Of a stretch of DNA of 64,000 nucleotides, positions 21,988 to 34,337 are shown one piece after another. This DNA is from a virus. Numbering within the stretch: position 1 is the first letter of the stretch; each line of letters opens with the position of its first letter. The notes below the pieces were generated by a model. It was given only the letters and a program-made list of their open reading frames with translations, ran no database searches and had not been told where the DNA came from. A program made the translations under genes and the position numbers. The stretch covers positions 52,131 to 116,130 of IMG/VR virus record IMGVR_UViG_3300032893_000010; one strand, 5' to 3'.

Positions 21988-23544
21988 ATGTCTACTACAT
22001 ATAAGCCAACACTAGAACAAATCGATATATGCAATGCATTTCAGGAGATGATGGAGTCCTTTGACAGGACTAACCGTAAAGTAGTAATAAATGCCGGTGC
22101 CGGTACTGGCAAGACCAGTACTCTGGTCTTGCTGGCTGACATAGCTAAGAAGCTGGGCAAGAAGGGCCGTTTCATGGCCTTTAACAAAGCTATAGTAACA
22201 GCGGCATCGAAGAAGATGCCTGATAACGTGAAATGCTCTACATTTCACGCATACTTCTACGGCACTGTTGGTCAGTTCTACAAGCATCGCAGTGACAGGG
22301 TATCAGCAGACTTTACAGCTCGTCATCTGGGCATCAAAGATGATTTGGAGCTAAGTGACAAGAAGCTCACTCCTGTAATGCAGGCGCGCATCCTGTACAG
22401 GGCTATCAATAAGTTCTCCATGTCAGATGACATGGAGATAAGCAGATTTCACATTCCATTCGTCAAAGGGGTGACGAATGAGGATATGGATCTCATCAGG
22501 GCTACTCTAAGTCCTTATCTTAAGCCTATGTGGCAGGACATAGCTTCTAAAGAGGGAGTTCTCAGGTTCAAGCCTGAGAACTATATCAAGATAGGCGCCC
22601 TGAGTAATCCTAAGATAGCGGCATCGTTCGTGATGATCGATGAAGCACAGGACACTTTCCCTGTGTTCCTGGGATGGCTTAAGAGGCAGCCTCATATAAG
22701 GCTAGTGGTCGTAGGCGACCGCGCGCAGGCCATTAATGAGTGGACCGGCGCAATCGATGCGATGGATAAATTCGAATCCATCGACAGGGAAACAGGTCTG
22801 TCTAAGAACGACGTAACTTACCTGACTCTCAGTAAGTCATTCAGGTTCGGCCCAGAACTAGCCGACGAAGCCAACCGCTGGCTGTACCTTCATAATGAAG
22901 GTACGTTCATGCTAGAGGGTAATGAAAGCAAGTCTACGGTCGTCACAGATATAGATGATGGCGGTATCTATGATGCCATCATCTGCCGGACGAATGCAGG
23001 AGTATTCGAATCGGCGATGAGTCTCGTGGAATCTGGTATCAAAGTCTCTATGAGTAAGAGAAACCAAGATGAGCTGGAAGACATAGCTAAGGCTGCTCTT
23101 CAGCTTATGGCGGGGACCTCATGTGACTACGAAGCATTCCAGGCATTCGACAACTGGCATGAAGTTAAGGATGCAGTAGAAAACGATCCTGGCTTCTCTG
23201 ATCTGAAGACCCTGGTAAACATCATAGAGAAGTATGGCGCTAATGCCCTGCTGGATCTTTCCAGCAGGCTAGTTCCTTCAGATATGGCGCAGACTATGAT
23301 AATAACAGCTCATACTTCAAAGGGCCTGGAGTTTAACAGGGTAAAAATCTGGAATGACTTCTTCGTCCCAGAGGACACGTCAGACGGTGAACCTGGAGAG
23401 ATTCCTAAGAGTGAGGTAATGCTTCACTACGTAGCTATCACTAGGGCCAAGGAATATCTTTACCGTGGATCTCTCGACATGATCGATCTCTACGTGAACT
23501 ATGATGACGAAGAGTCAGACGACATGGAGGATGAAGATTCGTGA
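21988..23544 (+). CDS. UvrD/Rep-like SF1 helicase
   Basis: AGAGTGKTS, IDEAQD, VGDRAQAI, TAHTSKGLEF, YVAITRAK. Confidence 0.92.
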   Translation: MSTTYKPTLEQIDICNAFQEMMESFDRTNRKVVINAGAGTGKTSTLVLLADIAKKLGKKGRFMAFNKAIVTAASKKMPDNVKCSTFHAYFYGTVGQFYKHRSDRVSADFTARHLGIKDDLELSDKKLTPVMQARILYRAINKFSMSDDMEISRFHIPFVKGVTNEDMDLIRATLSPYLKPMWQDIASKEGVLRFKPENYIKIGALSNPKIAASFVMIDEAQDTFPVFLGWLKRQPHIRLVVVGDRAQAINEWTGAIDAMDKFESIDRETGLSKNDVTYLTLSKSFRFGPELADEANRWLYLHNEGTFMLEGNESKSTVVTDIDDGGIYDAIICRTNAGVFESAMSLVESGIKVSMSKRNQDELEDIAKAALQLMAGTSCDYEAFQAFDNWHEVKDAVENDPGFSDLKTLVNIIEKYGANALLDLSSRLVPSDMAQTMIITAHTSKGLEFNRVKIWNDFFVPEDTSDGEPGEIPKSEVMLHYVAITRAKEYLYRGSLDMIDLYVNYDDEESDDMEDEDS

Positions 23545-23580
23545 TCTACAAATAGTAACAACTCCCTTGGCACAGTCTGT

Positions 23581-23841
23581 ATGGATGTAGCCGCAAAGGC
23601 AGTCAAGGGAGCGGAGGTAAAGATAATGTATTCTTACCGCGGCGGCCAGCCATTCACAGAAGAACAGAGGCTAATCAGTAAGAACTCTAGTGATAGAACA
23701 AAGAAAGCGCTATCAGCTAAAGGATACAGAGAGCCATGGAATAAAGGAATGACTGGCCTGAAATACAGTTGTACTATCTGTAGAGAGCCAGGACACTACC
23801 AGCAATGCTGCCCGACACTAGTTACAGTGAGGGTTATCTGA
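23581..23841 (+). CDS. NUMOD3-like / zinc-knuckle small protein
   Basis: FTEEQRLIS, PWNKG, CTICREPGH. Confidence 0.45.
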   Translation: MDVAAKAVKGAEVKIMYSYRGGQPFTEEQRLISKNSSDRTKKALSAKGYREPWNKGMTGLKYSCTICREPGHYQQCCPTLVTVRVI

Positions 23842-24754
23842 TATGCAAGATGAAAGAGATATGAATGTTGTAGGCATAGCTTTCGCTGTAGCATCGCTGG
23901 CTACGATAGAGGCCACTACATGGTGGGAGATGGTACTAGGATTTCTTATCATGATATGGTGCATAGGATATTCATTGTACAGATCTAAGAAGGACAAATG
24001 ACTAGATGGAAAGCTGAGGTCTCGTATCAAGACCAGTACGGGAAGATAATAGTTGAAACTAAGGAGTATGAAACAGGTAAGAAGCCTAGCAGTTCCGTAG
24101 TGATAAGTGACCTGGTGCCTAGAGGATGTGAAACTGTATCAATTAGCATAGTTAAATCTAAGTGAGGAACTGAACGAGTATTTCACGAAATTTCAAACGA
24201 GGAAAATACGAAAAACCAAATGAAGTCCTGGGGAATCACGACGCAGGTAATAGTGACGTTCAATGTAGTGAACATACAACACGCATACATAGTGATGTGT
24301 GAACTTCAGGAACTTCTGGAAGACAATGAATACTATGAGGATGCGATGATGTCTGTAACAGACAGACATCATGATCATGATGAAGGCAGATGTCCGGTAT
24401 GCCTCTGTCCGCAGTCACAACATACATACCGGGCACTAAATAAGACATATTGCCTGTACCATCAGAAAATATGTGAAACTTTGACAAACACTGACAAAAC
24501 ATCATAAACTCTGTCATAGCTACATGAAACAGGCAAGCAGGACATAGGCTGCGTCTTGCTCGCAACCATGGGACGTTGGTCCCTAGGCTCATGAGCTAGA
24601 CTCACGTGTGAGTCTGCGCAGGTCAAAGCACAAATCAGGGATTTTTCAAGATCTGAGTTGACAACCATGCTGGTGCCTGGTTAACTGTAGCTATCGCAAG
24701 GACGACGGGAACAAGATCCCGTGACAGACGATTCCGAAAACGGAGGTAATCAAA

Positions 24755-25315
24755 ATGACTGCTACCATCACGCGGTCCCGTAGGTCTGATGCCCACACCC
24801 CGGTGACTCCTGCGGAGACTCCTGCCGATCGTGCGCCTAGGGTTACGCCTAGCCAGCCTCAGGCCACCGACACACCGACTCAGGGTAACCTGGGGAATAT
24901 GATGTTCTCGGTAGTGACGAGCGAAGTCATCGAACCCAAGCGCGGTCTCGGTCGCGCAAAGGTAGACATCCCTGTTCATATCAAGAACGCTTTTCAGCAC
25001 ATGTTCCTGACGAACCCGTCCGGTGGCTCAGACAAGATGGAGGTTGTTCGCGCCACGATGACCAACAGCGATATCAACCGCTATCTGAAGATGGGTGGCC
25101 TCAAGAAGCTTACGGAAACTCTGCCGTACCCTGATCGCAAGTATGTCAAGTCCAGTGTCGTCACGATTCCTGGCTCCCCCAATCCTCAGAGCGTGGCTAA
25201 GGAGGACGCAGGCAAGCCGGTTAACATTCAGTGGGTCGTTTACCGGCTGTCTGAGGACCAGCTAGCTGAGCGCGAAGGACGCAGGGCCGAACGGCAGGCC
25301 AATCGCACTAGCTAA
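24755..25315 (+). CDS. hypothetical protein with high-GC codon usage
   Basis: own TTGACA promoter at 24658, GGAGG RBS, downstream hairpin. Confidence 0.7.
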   Translation: MTATITRSRRSDAHTPVTPAETPADRAPRVTPSQPQATDTPTQGNLGNMMFSVVTSEVIEPKRGLGRAKVDIPVHIKNAFQHMFLTNPSGGSDKMEVVRATMTNSDINRYLKMGGLKKLTETLPYPDRKYVKSSVVTIPGSPNPQSVAKEDAGKPVNIQWVVYRLSEDQLAEREGRRAERQANRTS

Positions 25316-26831
25316 CCTCACACAGCACCAAGTTAGGGGCCGACCTTCCAGTCGGCCCCTAAAGCCGTTTCTAGGGCAATTCCCGGACGAAGTTTGAAAC
25401 GAACATCTCACAAGCTGAAAACTAGGCGTAAACCTGCTCAAATCAGACATAACACGCAGATAGGTCTGACCTGGCCGACTGTCGGCCAGGTCAGACCTGT
25501 TTATGCAGGTCAGAGCACGCATGGTCATATACGGCCCTGAGATCAACGCTAAGGCACTCTACATAGCTCTTAGCTGTGATGACCTTAACCCGTACCTGCG
25601 GCATCCCAGGGACACGTACAGAGCCATACAGGACCAATGCAGGCCAGCGCCGCCACCTTGGGAGGCAGGCCAGGAACACCACGACCTGGCTTTATATACA
25701 AGAGATAACAATATCTTCTGATTTACTTCTTTTTTCTTGACATGGTGTGCCAGTACAAGAGATATTGAGCATGCTACATAAAAATTACATCGATTCGTTC
25801 CCGTACTAGTTCAAAACGGACAGAACGGGCGATATGGGCGAATCTGAGCACGGACCTTGACATGTTAACAGCGGACGGGCCATATGGTGACACGCATAGC
25901 CATATGCGCCTAGATGTACGTACATACATCGTTAATGCTACGATTGAGGACATTTTGCCCATTGTCGGGGTGATGCCAGTAGGTAGGTCCCCACTGGCAT
26001 TGCTCACATTGGACAAAACAGCCAAACCGGACAAGATAGGACAAATCATATGAGATGGAATTTTATTATCAATAACATGATATTCCGCTCAGATGACAAG
26101 GAAGAATGCCGAACGGTAATGAGCATAGCAAGAGAGAATAATCTGCACATTAAGATCATCTCTTCTGAAGAGGCACAGAAGTTGCTTAAAATGGGCTATC
26201 CGGCTCTTTAGTACGTATTTAGTCGTATTGACACTCATTACTGACAATACGGCCATGCACGTGCTAAACCGGACAAAAGGGGTTAATCATGACGGACTCG
26301 ACATCTGGCGTTATCCCTGACGAGAACACGCCAGCCGGCACCAAACTACGCAATATCCACACAGAGATAATCGGAAGTCTCACAAGCTACCACAAAGGTT
26401 CAAATCCGGCATATGACTCAGTTGGGTGGGATGCCTTCGGAAAGGAATCTTTCGGTCATCCTGCCTCTTTCCGCATTTATGACCCAGCTTACTACGATGA
26501 CGACAAGTAGGCACTAGTCGTCAGTTTTAGGGTCATACTGGACAATCAGGCCAGTGTGGCTCAATTCTGGCGAATAGGACATAACAACGCAGGAGAGGAC
26601 AAACCTTGACAAACTGGATTATCACGGCCAAACTGCCTGAGGATGGCAAAAACGCCCAGCCATTCACGATGTACGTAGAAGCGGACAATCTGGTCAAAGC
26701 CGCACAAAAGGCACAAAGCTACTGCAAGCGTGCCAACTTCGACATTCTCAGTCTTTCGAGGATAGACGGGGACATCCCGGCCAAAGCCGATAACATAACT
26801 CGTAAGTAGGCAAGAGAGGACAAAACAGACA

Positions 26832-27104
26832 ATGACTAGCATACGGCATGAAGACATGATGAACTTGCCGGAAATACGAGATAATGTGAAATTCACCACA
26901 AACATGTCCACATCGGGCAGTGGCGTGTATCTCGCGTTTTATCAGTCAAAAACCGACACAGATGGCAACGAGGTAAGTTCGTCGCATATCATGCTATTTC
27001 CGGAACAACTGGACAAAATCATGGAATGGCTACCTAAAGCCTACGAAAGGGCCAAGAAGAGCGATAGTTTCATAAAGGCAGTCAAGGCAGGACATCTAAC
27101 CTGA
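26832..27104 (+). CDS. hypothetical protein
   Basis: ORF with GAGG RBS. Confidence 0.5.
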   Translation: MTSIRHEDMMNLPEIRDNVKFTTNMSTSGSGVYLAFYQSKTDTDGNEVSSSHIMLFPEQLDKIMEWLPKAYERAKKSDSFIKAVKAGHLT

Positions 27105-28350
27105 TAGCTCGTATTTGCTGGTATATGGTCATATAGCGGGCTAGATACCAGCATTTATGTACATATCAGTATAGATGTGTGCAAACCGGGCAAACAAGGA
27201 GGAAACATCATGTCTCTGACAGACCTTCGCAAAATGTCCACTACTGCTCTTCTGGCCATAATCTACCAGGAAGAGCACACGGGTATCGTCGTCTACTCAG
27301 GCGATGCCGAAGATATCGTCCGGTCCCGTTTCAGCTCATTCAAGTCAGCTAGGGGTTAGTCGCCATACAGCACGTGTCAGGTCATATCACTGCTCATTAC
27401 CAGTGATATGGCCTAATCCGTACTAGATGCGGCAGATCAAGGCAAAAGGGACATAATATGACTTCTGGAGGCACGGCAGTCATCTCGGGCATAGAGTACG
27501 ATATCTGCCATACGTGCGGTTACCCTAAGAAAGTGACCGATAAGGACGATATACACATCGGTCACGTGGCAGACGGGTATCTCCTCCTGCCCTACTTCAG
27601 ATAGCCCGTAACAAGATCAAGTATCCCGCCCAACCGACTACACCAACCTGACCCCCAACTTGGCTTTGCGTGGCCCTGAGGGCCACGCAAAGCCAACTGT
27701 GTTCCGATGCCCCCTCCGGGGCCAGCCAGGGAAACGGACATAACATGACAAAACAGGAAACAACAGGCATGCTGGTGCTTCTGGGCATAGACGAGTACGT
27801 AGCAGCATGCATGGTAATATGCGCGCGCAATGAGGGTAAGTACATAGCAAAAGTCCTGAATAACGGCAATTACCGGACATACACGATACATCACGGCATG
27901 ATCGGCAATATCACCCATACTTACTCAATCGAGATAAGTTAGGACTAATCACCCCTGGTGCGGCCTAAACTACTCATCTAGGTCGTATGATCACGAAAAG
28001 GACATATCATGCTAGTGTGCCCTAAGAAAGGCAAGTGCCCCATCTGCGGCCAAGAACACAACAAGTCAGATAATAACACAAACTAGACATCTCGGGTCAT
28101 ATCAGTACGTACAAGACAAGAAAGGGTAAACAGCATGGAATGCACTCATTGCGGGCATACGCACATAAATCCCGCAGAAGGCACAATCGACATAAACAAG
28201 TGCTTCATGCTCATACAAGACGAGGGAGAACAATTCCCTCGTCCCTGCCCATGTCAGGATTTTGACCACTAAACTGAATAAATCGGGTCATACTGAGACA
28301 ATCAATACCAAAGCGCTCAGTGTGGCTCAATCTATCCAGTTCAAGTAGTC

Positions 28351-28534
28351 AGTACTCATAAGGAGACAATAGCCTAATTCGCATCAAACAGGCAGTTAGT
28401 AGTCAAAAGGTAAAACTGGACTAATTCCTCTCATAACGTGAGCTAGTACTCATAAGCAATGAAACAGCCTAATTCCCTCTCAAACCAGTAGTTAGTACTC
28501 ATAAGCGATAAACAGGCTAATTCCTGGTCAGAAC
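28351..28534. repeat. four degenerate 47-49 bp tandem repeats
   Basis: AGTACTCATAAG..CTAATTC units at 28351, 28398, 28445, 28494. Confidence 0.8.
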
Positions 28535-30657
28535 CTACCAAAAGATATCAAATCATCACAATCAGTATCAAAGTACTTGAAAACAGGAGAAATAATGACA
28601 AATCGTAATGAATCAGACACTAAGAACAATATATCTGAGACCCCCATCATTAAGTCAAAACGGATAAAACGGACAGGGCCAGGAAAATATTGTGTATATT
28701 CAGGTTTATATCTGTGACAGTATCATTGCTTACTGTATTTTCCTGACCCTTTTCATCTTATCCTGATTACAGTTTACCGGGTATCCGGTTACAGATGTAT
28801 GAACTTTCTTGTTATAGCTGCCTTTCTGCGTTTACCCTGCTGGATACCGTGGTCATGATTATCCTGTTACCGTCTGATTCCAGGCTTTCTATCCACTGGT
28901 TTTCCAGTCCTAGTAGTTGCATCAGGTCTTTATGCGAGATGATATGCGTATACCTCATTGTTGTCTTTATTACTGGCATCTCAGTAGTCGCCACTCCTTG
29001 TTTTTGATCACTCTCTGTATATAAAAATAGGTGAAAACAGGTCGAAGTACAGCCTTTTCACCTATATGAATGAACGATTTTCGTGACTTAGAGTGATTTT
29101 ATCTCCCTTTTCGCCTCTTCCCGGTGCAGTAAGGGGCACCGCAGTCTTCACTGCATATGCAGCTTCCTCTTACGGGGTTCTTCCATCTGCATGACGGGGC
29201 AGTTGTTGTTCACGATATATCACTCCCATCCGGAGAACATGGTTACCATGACCAGGTATATTATGTATCCCAGCAGTCCGGCACCTGCGAGGGCGGCTAT
29301 TATCTCATATAGCATTCATCCTCCTGCTTATGCTCCTGTTCTCTGCATCGCACCACTTGTTATGTGCCTTGATAGTACATGGGGTCACCAGGTACTTGGC
29401 TTCGGGGAACAGGTAGTGATTCCAGTATCTTATGTGCTTAAGGTAGTTTTTCCTTGCTTTCCTTCTGCTCACTGTATTCCTCTGAGTCTCTTGCGTCTCT
29501 TTTCATGATTTTCCGTCCATGAGAGATGGAGATCACCGACAAGATCACAATTCTCGTGCCACATATCGTTTTCGCCAGGTTTGAGATACATCAGTTTAAT
29601 TAAACCTGATTCAAGGTGACTGCTTAGGATTTCTATCTCAGGGTTAGTCAGAACAGTCAGCCACGGATATTCGTCGTTTCCCATCATTCTCCCCGCATCA
29701 TGGTTATGTCAATCCTGTATTCCTCGAATCCGTCAGGATCGTTCTGTATTAGCTGGTACTTAGCTCCTGGTTCGTCTTTTTCCATCATGGCAGCGAAAGA
29801 GCTGTTATCTACTTCTATGATGAGTTTCATCTACGCTCCCTATCTGCGCTTTCACTCTCATGTTGCCGTGTCTGTCCATGTGATGTCTCAGGTTTCTCAT
29901 CTCATGGTCCTTATCAGTATCAGTACGGCGAGTACGACGAAGAACGCCGCATTCCCGCACCACAGGATGAGAAACTGGACCAGGATCTGATGGGATATTG
30001 CAGCATTGGTCACCATCTACCAGAACACCTGTCCCCTTACAAGATCACACCATCCCGCGTGCATCCCAGGATGGTTACTGTTCCTGTCGCAGATCACTGT
30101 CTCTTCCTTGTCCTGTATCTCGAATGTCTTCTTATTCCCGCATAATGCCATCAGTACACCACCCATGCGTCTATGATGTCTTCTCGCTTGTCAAGCTCTG
30201 ACACTTTCAGCAGGGCTTCATCCATGCTGCTGAACGTATCAGGCCAGTACTTATATTCACCATCATCGGTCTGGTATCCTACCGTGAAGCTTGACCTGGC
30301 CATGTTTTTCCTCCTAGGAAAGGGATTTGGCCAATGATGCAAAAGCGGTCGCTGCCATGGACCAGAACACCCATAGCATGGGCGTGTTAGTCCCGTAACC
30401 CGTGAAGCACAGGCTTACGACTGCTGTTATGGTCGCTAGCACGAATATCACTGCGGCAGCGACATGCCTGCGCATCCTGTGAAGTGCCCAGTTAAGTACT
30501 GAAGAAGCTACGTAAACCTCTGCCGCTTTCTCCAGTATCGAACTGTCTTCGTCCCTGGTGTAGGGGACGTGGTTATCTCCGATATCCATTGTTCCTCCCT
30601 TGGCTGGTTCCCCCCACGATACCACGGGAGAGAACCGATGTCAAGGGGTTTCCGTGA

Positions 30658-31047
30658 CTATTCTGAGAGGATGCGACCATATTTTTCAGTGAGGAGAAGA
30701 TCCTTCACAGTTAGCCTTTTACCGGCAGGATGCCTTTCCATGGCTTTTGCCCTGTTAAATTCTTCCCACTCTTCCCTTGTCCTGTAATTGACGGCTTCTT
30801 TCGCTTTCTTATCATTTACCTCGATGATCCTGCGAGTTTTAGCGCCGAGAGATTCAACAAGGTTTTCCAGTGCCCTCTTTGATGCAAGTAGCCTTCCTAG
30901 TTCAGGATCATTGATATCATCAGGCATCCTCGATGAAGAACCGCTGCCATAGAGGGTGAACTCTTCAGATTCATAGCGGACCTTGGCAACTGTCCTGGTT
31001 CCGTCAGACAGGGTTTCAACATGAATTTCAATAGGATGGTAGCTCAT
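30658..31047 (-). CDS. DUF1876/Rv2632c-like dsRBD-fold protein
   Basis: GSGSSSRMPDD..PELGRLLASKRAL. Confidence 0.65.
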   Translation of the reverse strand: MSYHPIEIHVETLSDGTRTVAKVRYESEEFTLYGSGSSSRMPDDINDPELGRLLASKRALENLVESLGAKTRRIIEVNDKKAKEAVNYRTREEWEEFNRAKAMERHPAGKRLTVKDLLLTEKYGRILSE

Positions 31048-31510
31048 TTTATTTCTCCTTTATGCTTCTACCAGCATAGCGTTAAACGGGTCTTCTGGCT
31101 TCCTTGGCCGGATGTGGTAGAAGACGCTTACGACATTTCCTGTCTTCTCATCCTTGTCTGCTTGCTTCACTACGATCCACTTCTCCCCGAAATCAGCCAT
31201 ATCATCAGGGAACATGGACAGCCATACATCAACGAAAGCCTGTACTTGTACTTGTACTTTCTCAGCACCGAACTGAGCGTGCGGCATCTAGCCTCCTTTC
31301 GGGTGAATCCCTTTTCTCAGGTAAAGACGAGCGCCAGGATGAAACTGCCTGAACTGGTCTCTTGTCAGCAACCTGAGAGTCTTGTCAAGATACCGGACCA
31401 TCCTGACTCCCATATAGGATAAACCTATTTCTTCGTCATCTGTGGTCTGGATTATCTTGGCGAACCAGTGTATCCCGTTCTCGTCAATCCAGCAATCTTC
31501 CAGTTCTATG

Positions 31511-31927
31511 TCAGAGACCTTCATCTGCTTCTATCACATCCGCGATTTCAGGCAAGGATAGCGGACCTTCGCCAGTAAGACCTTCATCATTCAGGTAGGT
31601 AAGACGGAAAAGACCGTCCCTGTACCTGACTTCTGGATCATTCTGGCCTATCCCCGCGTAGGCCATGGCTGCCTCCGTGAGCACTGTCACCTGATAACCG
31701 TCTTCCAGGATGTCAGACTTAGCGCTAGGGTCTGCATAACCATATATCTCACTGTTATCAACCAGCACAGGCTGAGGCTGGCAACCAGCATCTGAGCATT
31801 GCTGGTTGAGCACGTCAAGACAGCACTGTCTTCCTTTGCTGTCTCTCAGTATCCCGTGACCCTGAACCAGGTCAGGGTTCCTCAGGTTCTCTATCCAGAG
31901 TTTCTTCACTTCAGGAATCATAGGCAT
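31511..31927 (-). CDS. hypothetical phage protein
   Basis: WIENLR..QG.G.L..CCL.V; LND..EIADVIE. Confidence 0.65.
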   Translation of the reverse strand: MPMIPEVKKLWIENLRNPDLVQGHGILRDSKGRQCCLDVLNQQCSDAGCQPQPVLVDNSEIYGYADPSAKSDILEDGYQVTVLTEAAMAYAGIGQNDPEVRYRDGLFRLTYLNDEGLTGEGPLSLPEIADVIEADEGL

Positions 31928-31938
31928 TGTTTACCTCC

Positions 31939-32526
31939 TTACTTCAGGTTGTTACCTTTGCGGTATACGAGAACAGGGGTTTTTGTCTTGACTTCATCAA
32001 GATAATAAATATCATTGTTATCATCACGAGACATAGTTATCTTGGTGAAGTAGTATTCTTTTCCGTTTTTATCCCTCCACACGTCTCCTCGCTGTGGCGG
32101 CCAATGCTCAGGATTCTCCTGTACTGGCCTGGTTACAGAATCGATAAGATACGCAAATCGCTCGTTCGGGAAACGAGCGAAATCGGAGTTCCAATCTCCG
32201 TTAGTGTCATAAAAACCTACGCTAACTCTTCTTACAACCTGGTCGACTATGACATCTCTGTAGATGCGAACCTTATCTCCAGGCTTCAGGTCATGGAAAC
32301 CAATAGTCTTTGAAACTTGAGTAGCAGTCTTTTCTTTCGTCTCATCAATCTTGGTAGTAACGAATCCTGGGAGACCATCAGGATTCGTGTCAAGACGGTA
32401 AGTCCTGTTATCCTTAGTCGTATATGTTCCGACCCACGGATTAACGGAGTATACTTCCACATCTCTTGTGATCCGCAGCTTATCACCCTTCTTCAGTCGC
32501 CTTATATCAGTAACCTTAGTATCCAT
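31939..32526 (-). CDS. hypothetical protein with tandem SH3/KOW-like repeats
   Basis: LKKGDKLRI, LKPGDKVRI, WPPQRGDVWRD. Confidence 0.65.
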   Translation of the reverse strand: MDTKVTDIRRLKKGDKLRITRDVEVYSVNPWVGTYTTKDNRTYRLDTNPDGLPGFVTTKIDETKEKTATQVSKTIGFHDLKPGDKVRIYRDVIVDQVVRRVSVGFYDTNGDWNSDFARFPNERFAYLIDSVTRPVQENPEHWPPQRGDVWRDKNGKEYYFTKITMSRDDNNDIYYLDEVKTKTPVLVYRKGNNLK

Positions 32527-32616
32527 ATCCCTCTCTCCTATCTTCTTGAAGACCCATCTTGAGCCTCCGTATTTGTAGCCATTATCAGTTATGATAACTG
32601 GAAAGCCTGTGATTCT

Positions 32617-32653
<37 letters not shown>

Positions 32654-32780
32654 TATCATCGACTGTTACCTGTTTCGAGACTTCTATGATATCTCCGGGT
32701 TCAGGACATTCCAGTATCGTATCTGCTATTATATGGTTCACATGCATACCTCCTGAGTCGCAAGCATGGAGTATACGTGC

Positions 32781-32875
32781 ATCATATACCCGCCGCCGCC
32801 CTGGTGTCAAGACCCTGGAGAGATTTAGATTTTTCCGTCGTCCCTCTTGACAGCCGGGCACCCCCATGGTAACGT
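32781..32875. promoter_or_regulatory. divergent promoter pair
   Basis: minus strand TTGACA (32810-32805)..TATGAT; plus strand TTGACA (32847)..TAACGT; located at the strand switch. Confidence 0.65.
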
Positions 32876-33696
32876 CTTACCACAGTGATACCGGCGGTTA
32901 TATACGTCGTATATTCAGATATTGATATTCAGTTACTACGATATAACTACATGATAAGGAATAATAATGAGTAATAAGAAAGCAGGACCTGTTATCTTCG
33001 CAGTAATGCTGGTACTACTGCTAGTACTAACCTGCCTATTCAGTTAGGAAATAAATATGGTATTCGTACTTGAGTTCATACTAGCTCCTATACTATGGTT
33101 GTTCAAGAAGTTTCCTAAAGCTGCACTGGGAATACTGATGATAGTAGCTTTCGGTGGCACTGGCGGTATCTTGATGGTGCATGATATCGGGGCGAATATA
33201 GTAAGAGACGTGTGCATAGCTATCTCAGGTCATCCTGGCTGCATTCACATGCCTTTGAGGAAGTAGGAGGAAACATGCCTTATTGCCGTGCTCATGCAGA
33301 TCTCGTCACAGGAGGAGAACTGAATTGCCATCTTGATGAAGGTCATGAAACTCTCCTGGAGTTTCATTACGATAAGATTGAGGATAAAGAGTGGAGAGAG
33401 GGAAGAGTTCCTGCTCCCGTTCCTTACACTCCTACTGGTCCAATACCTAAGATTAAGGTTGAGAAAACCTGGAAGCTTGCTGGTCAGGCAGATAAAGTCA
33501 CTTTGTGAGGCGAATATGCTTAATCCGTTTAAGAAAAAGTGGGAAGTGTACGGATATACCGGAGCTGTAGCTAACAGCAAAGGGGAGGTTTACGGGAGGT
33601 TCAGGAGATATCAGAACGCCATTTCCTTTGCAAAGGAAATGAATGCTTTCAGTTCTGATTTCTTCGAGGGCAGGCATTTCATGGTAAGGAGGATAC

Positions 33697-34167
33697 ATGG
33701 TGCATAAAAGACCTGAAGCTTTCATCTGCGACATCGATGGCACTATCGCAGATCACGGAGATGAGGAAAGCGGTCTCATCAGAGGTCACTATGAGTATGA
33801 CAAGGTGAAGTTCGACCGTCCGAAGCCTGAGGTTATCAGGGTCGTCAGGATTCTGTCGAAGGAACTTCAGCCTATCTTCGTATCAGGAAGGATGGATGAA
33901 TCTGCTAATCCGGTGAGGATCGATACAGTTCACTGGATCAAGAGTAATGTGTGGCCGTACGACATCAATCCTCAGTGGCCTTTGTTCATGAGAGCTGACG
34001 GTGATTACAGAGCAGATTACGTGATAAAGGAAGAGATCTTCACTAAGCTGATTGAGCCTCGGTGGAATGTGAGGTTCGCTATTGATGACAGGCTTCAGGT
34101 ATGCCGGATGTGGCATAGGATAGGAGTCCCTGTGTTCAGGGTGGGAGATCCTGATGCAGTCTTTTAA
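33697..34167 (+). CDS. PNKP-type 3'-phosphatase (HAD)
   Basis: DIDGTIA, VSGR, MRADGD.R.D..IKEE, IDDR. Confidence 0.85.
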   Translation: MVHKRPEAFICDIDGTIADHGDEESGLIRGHYEYDKVKFDRPKPEVIRVVRILSKELQPIFVSGRMDESANPVRIDTVHWIKSNVWPYDINPQWPLFMRADGDYRADYVIKEEIFTKLIEPRWNVRFAIDDRLQVCRMWHRIGVPVFRVGDPDAVF

Positions 34168-34337
34168 GTCAGTTAAGTTATCTCTGCTTCAGGTCAGGTC
34201 TGACCTGAATGACATAATAGAGGAGCTGAGCAGTATAGACAAGTACGACCTGTCTGACGCAGAGATATACGTATCTGATGCTGTTGACATGATAGAAATG
34301 GCACTTGACGTGCTTTAACCTGGCATAAGGAGGGAGA

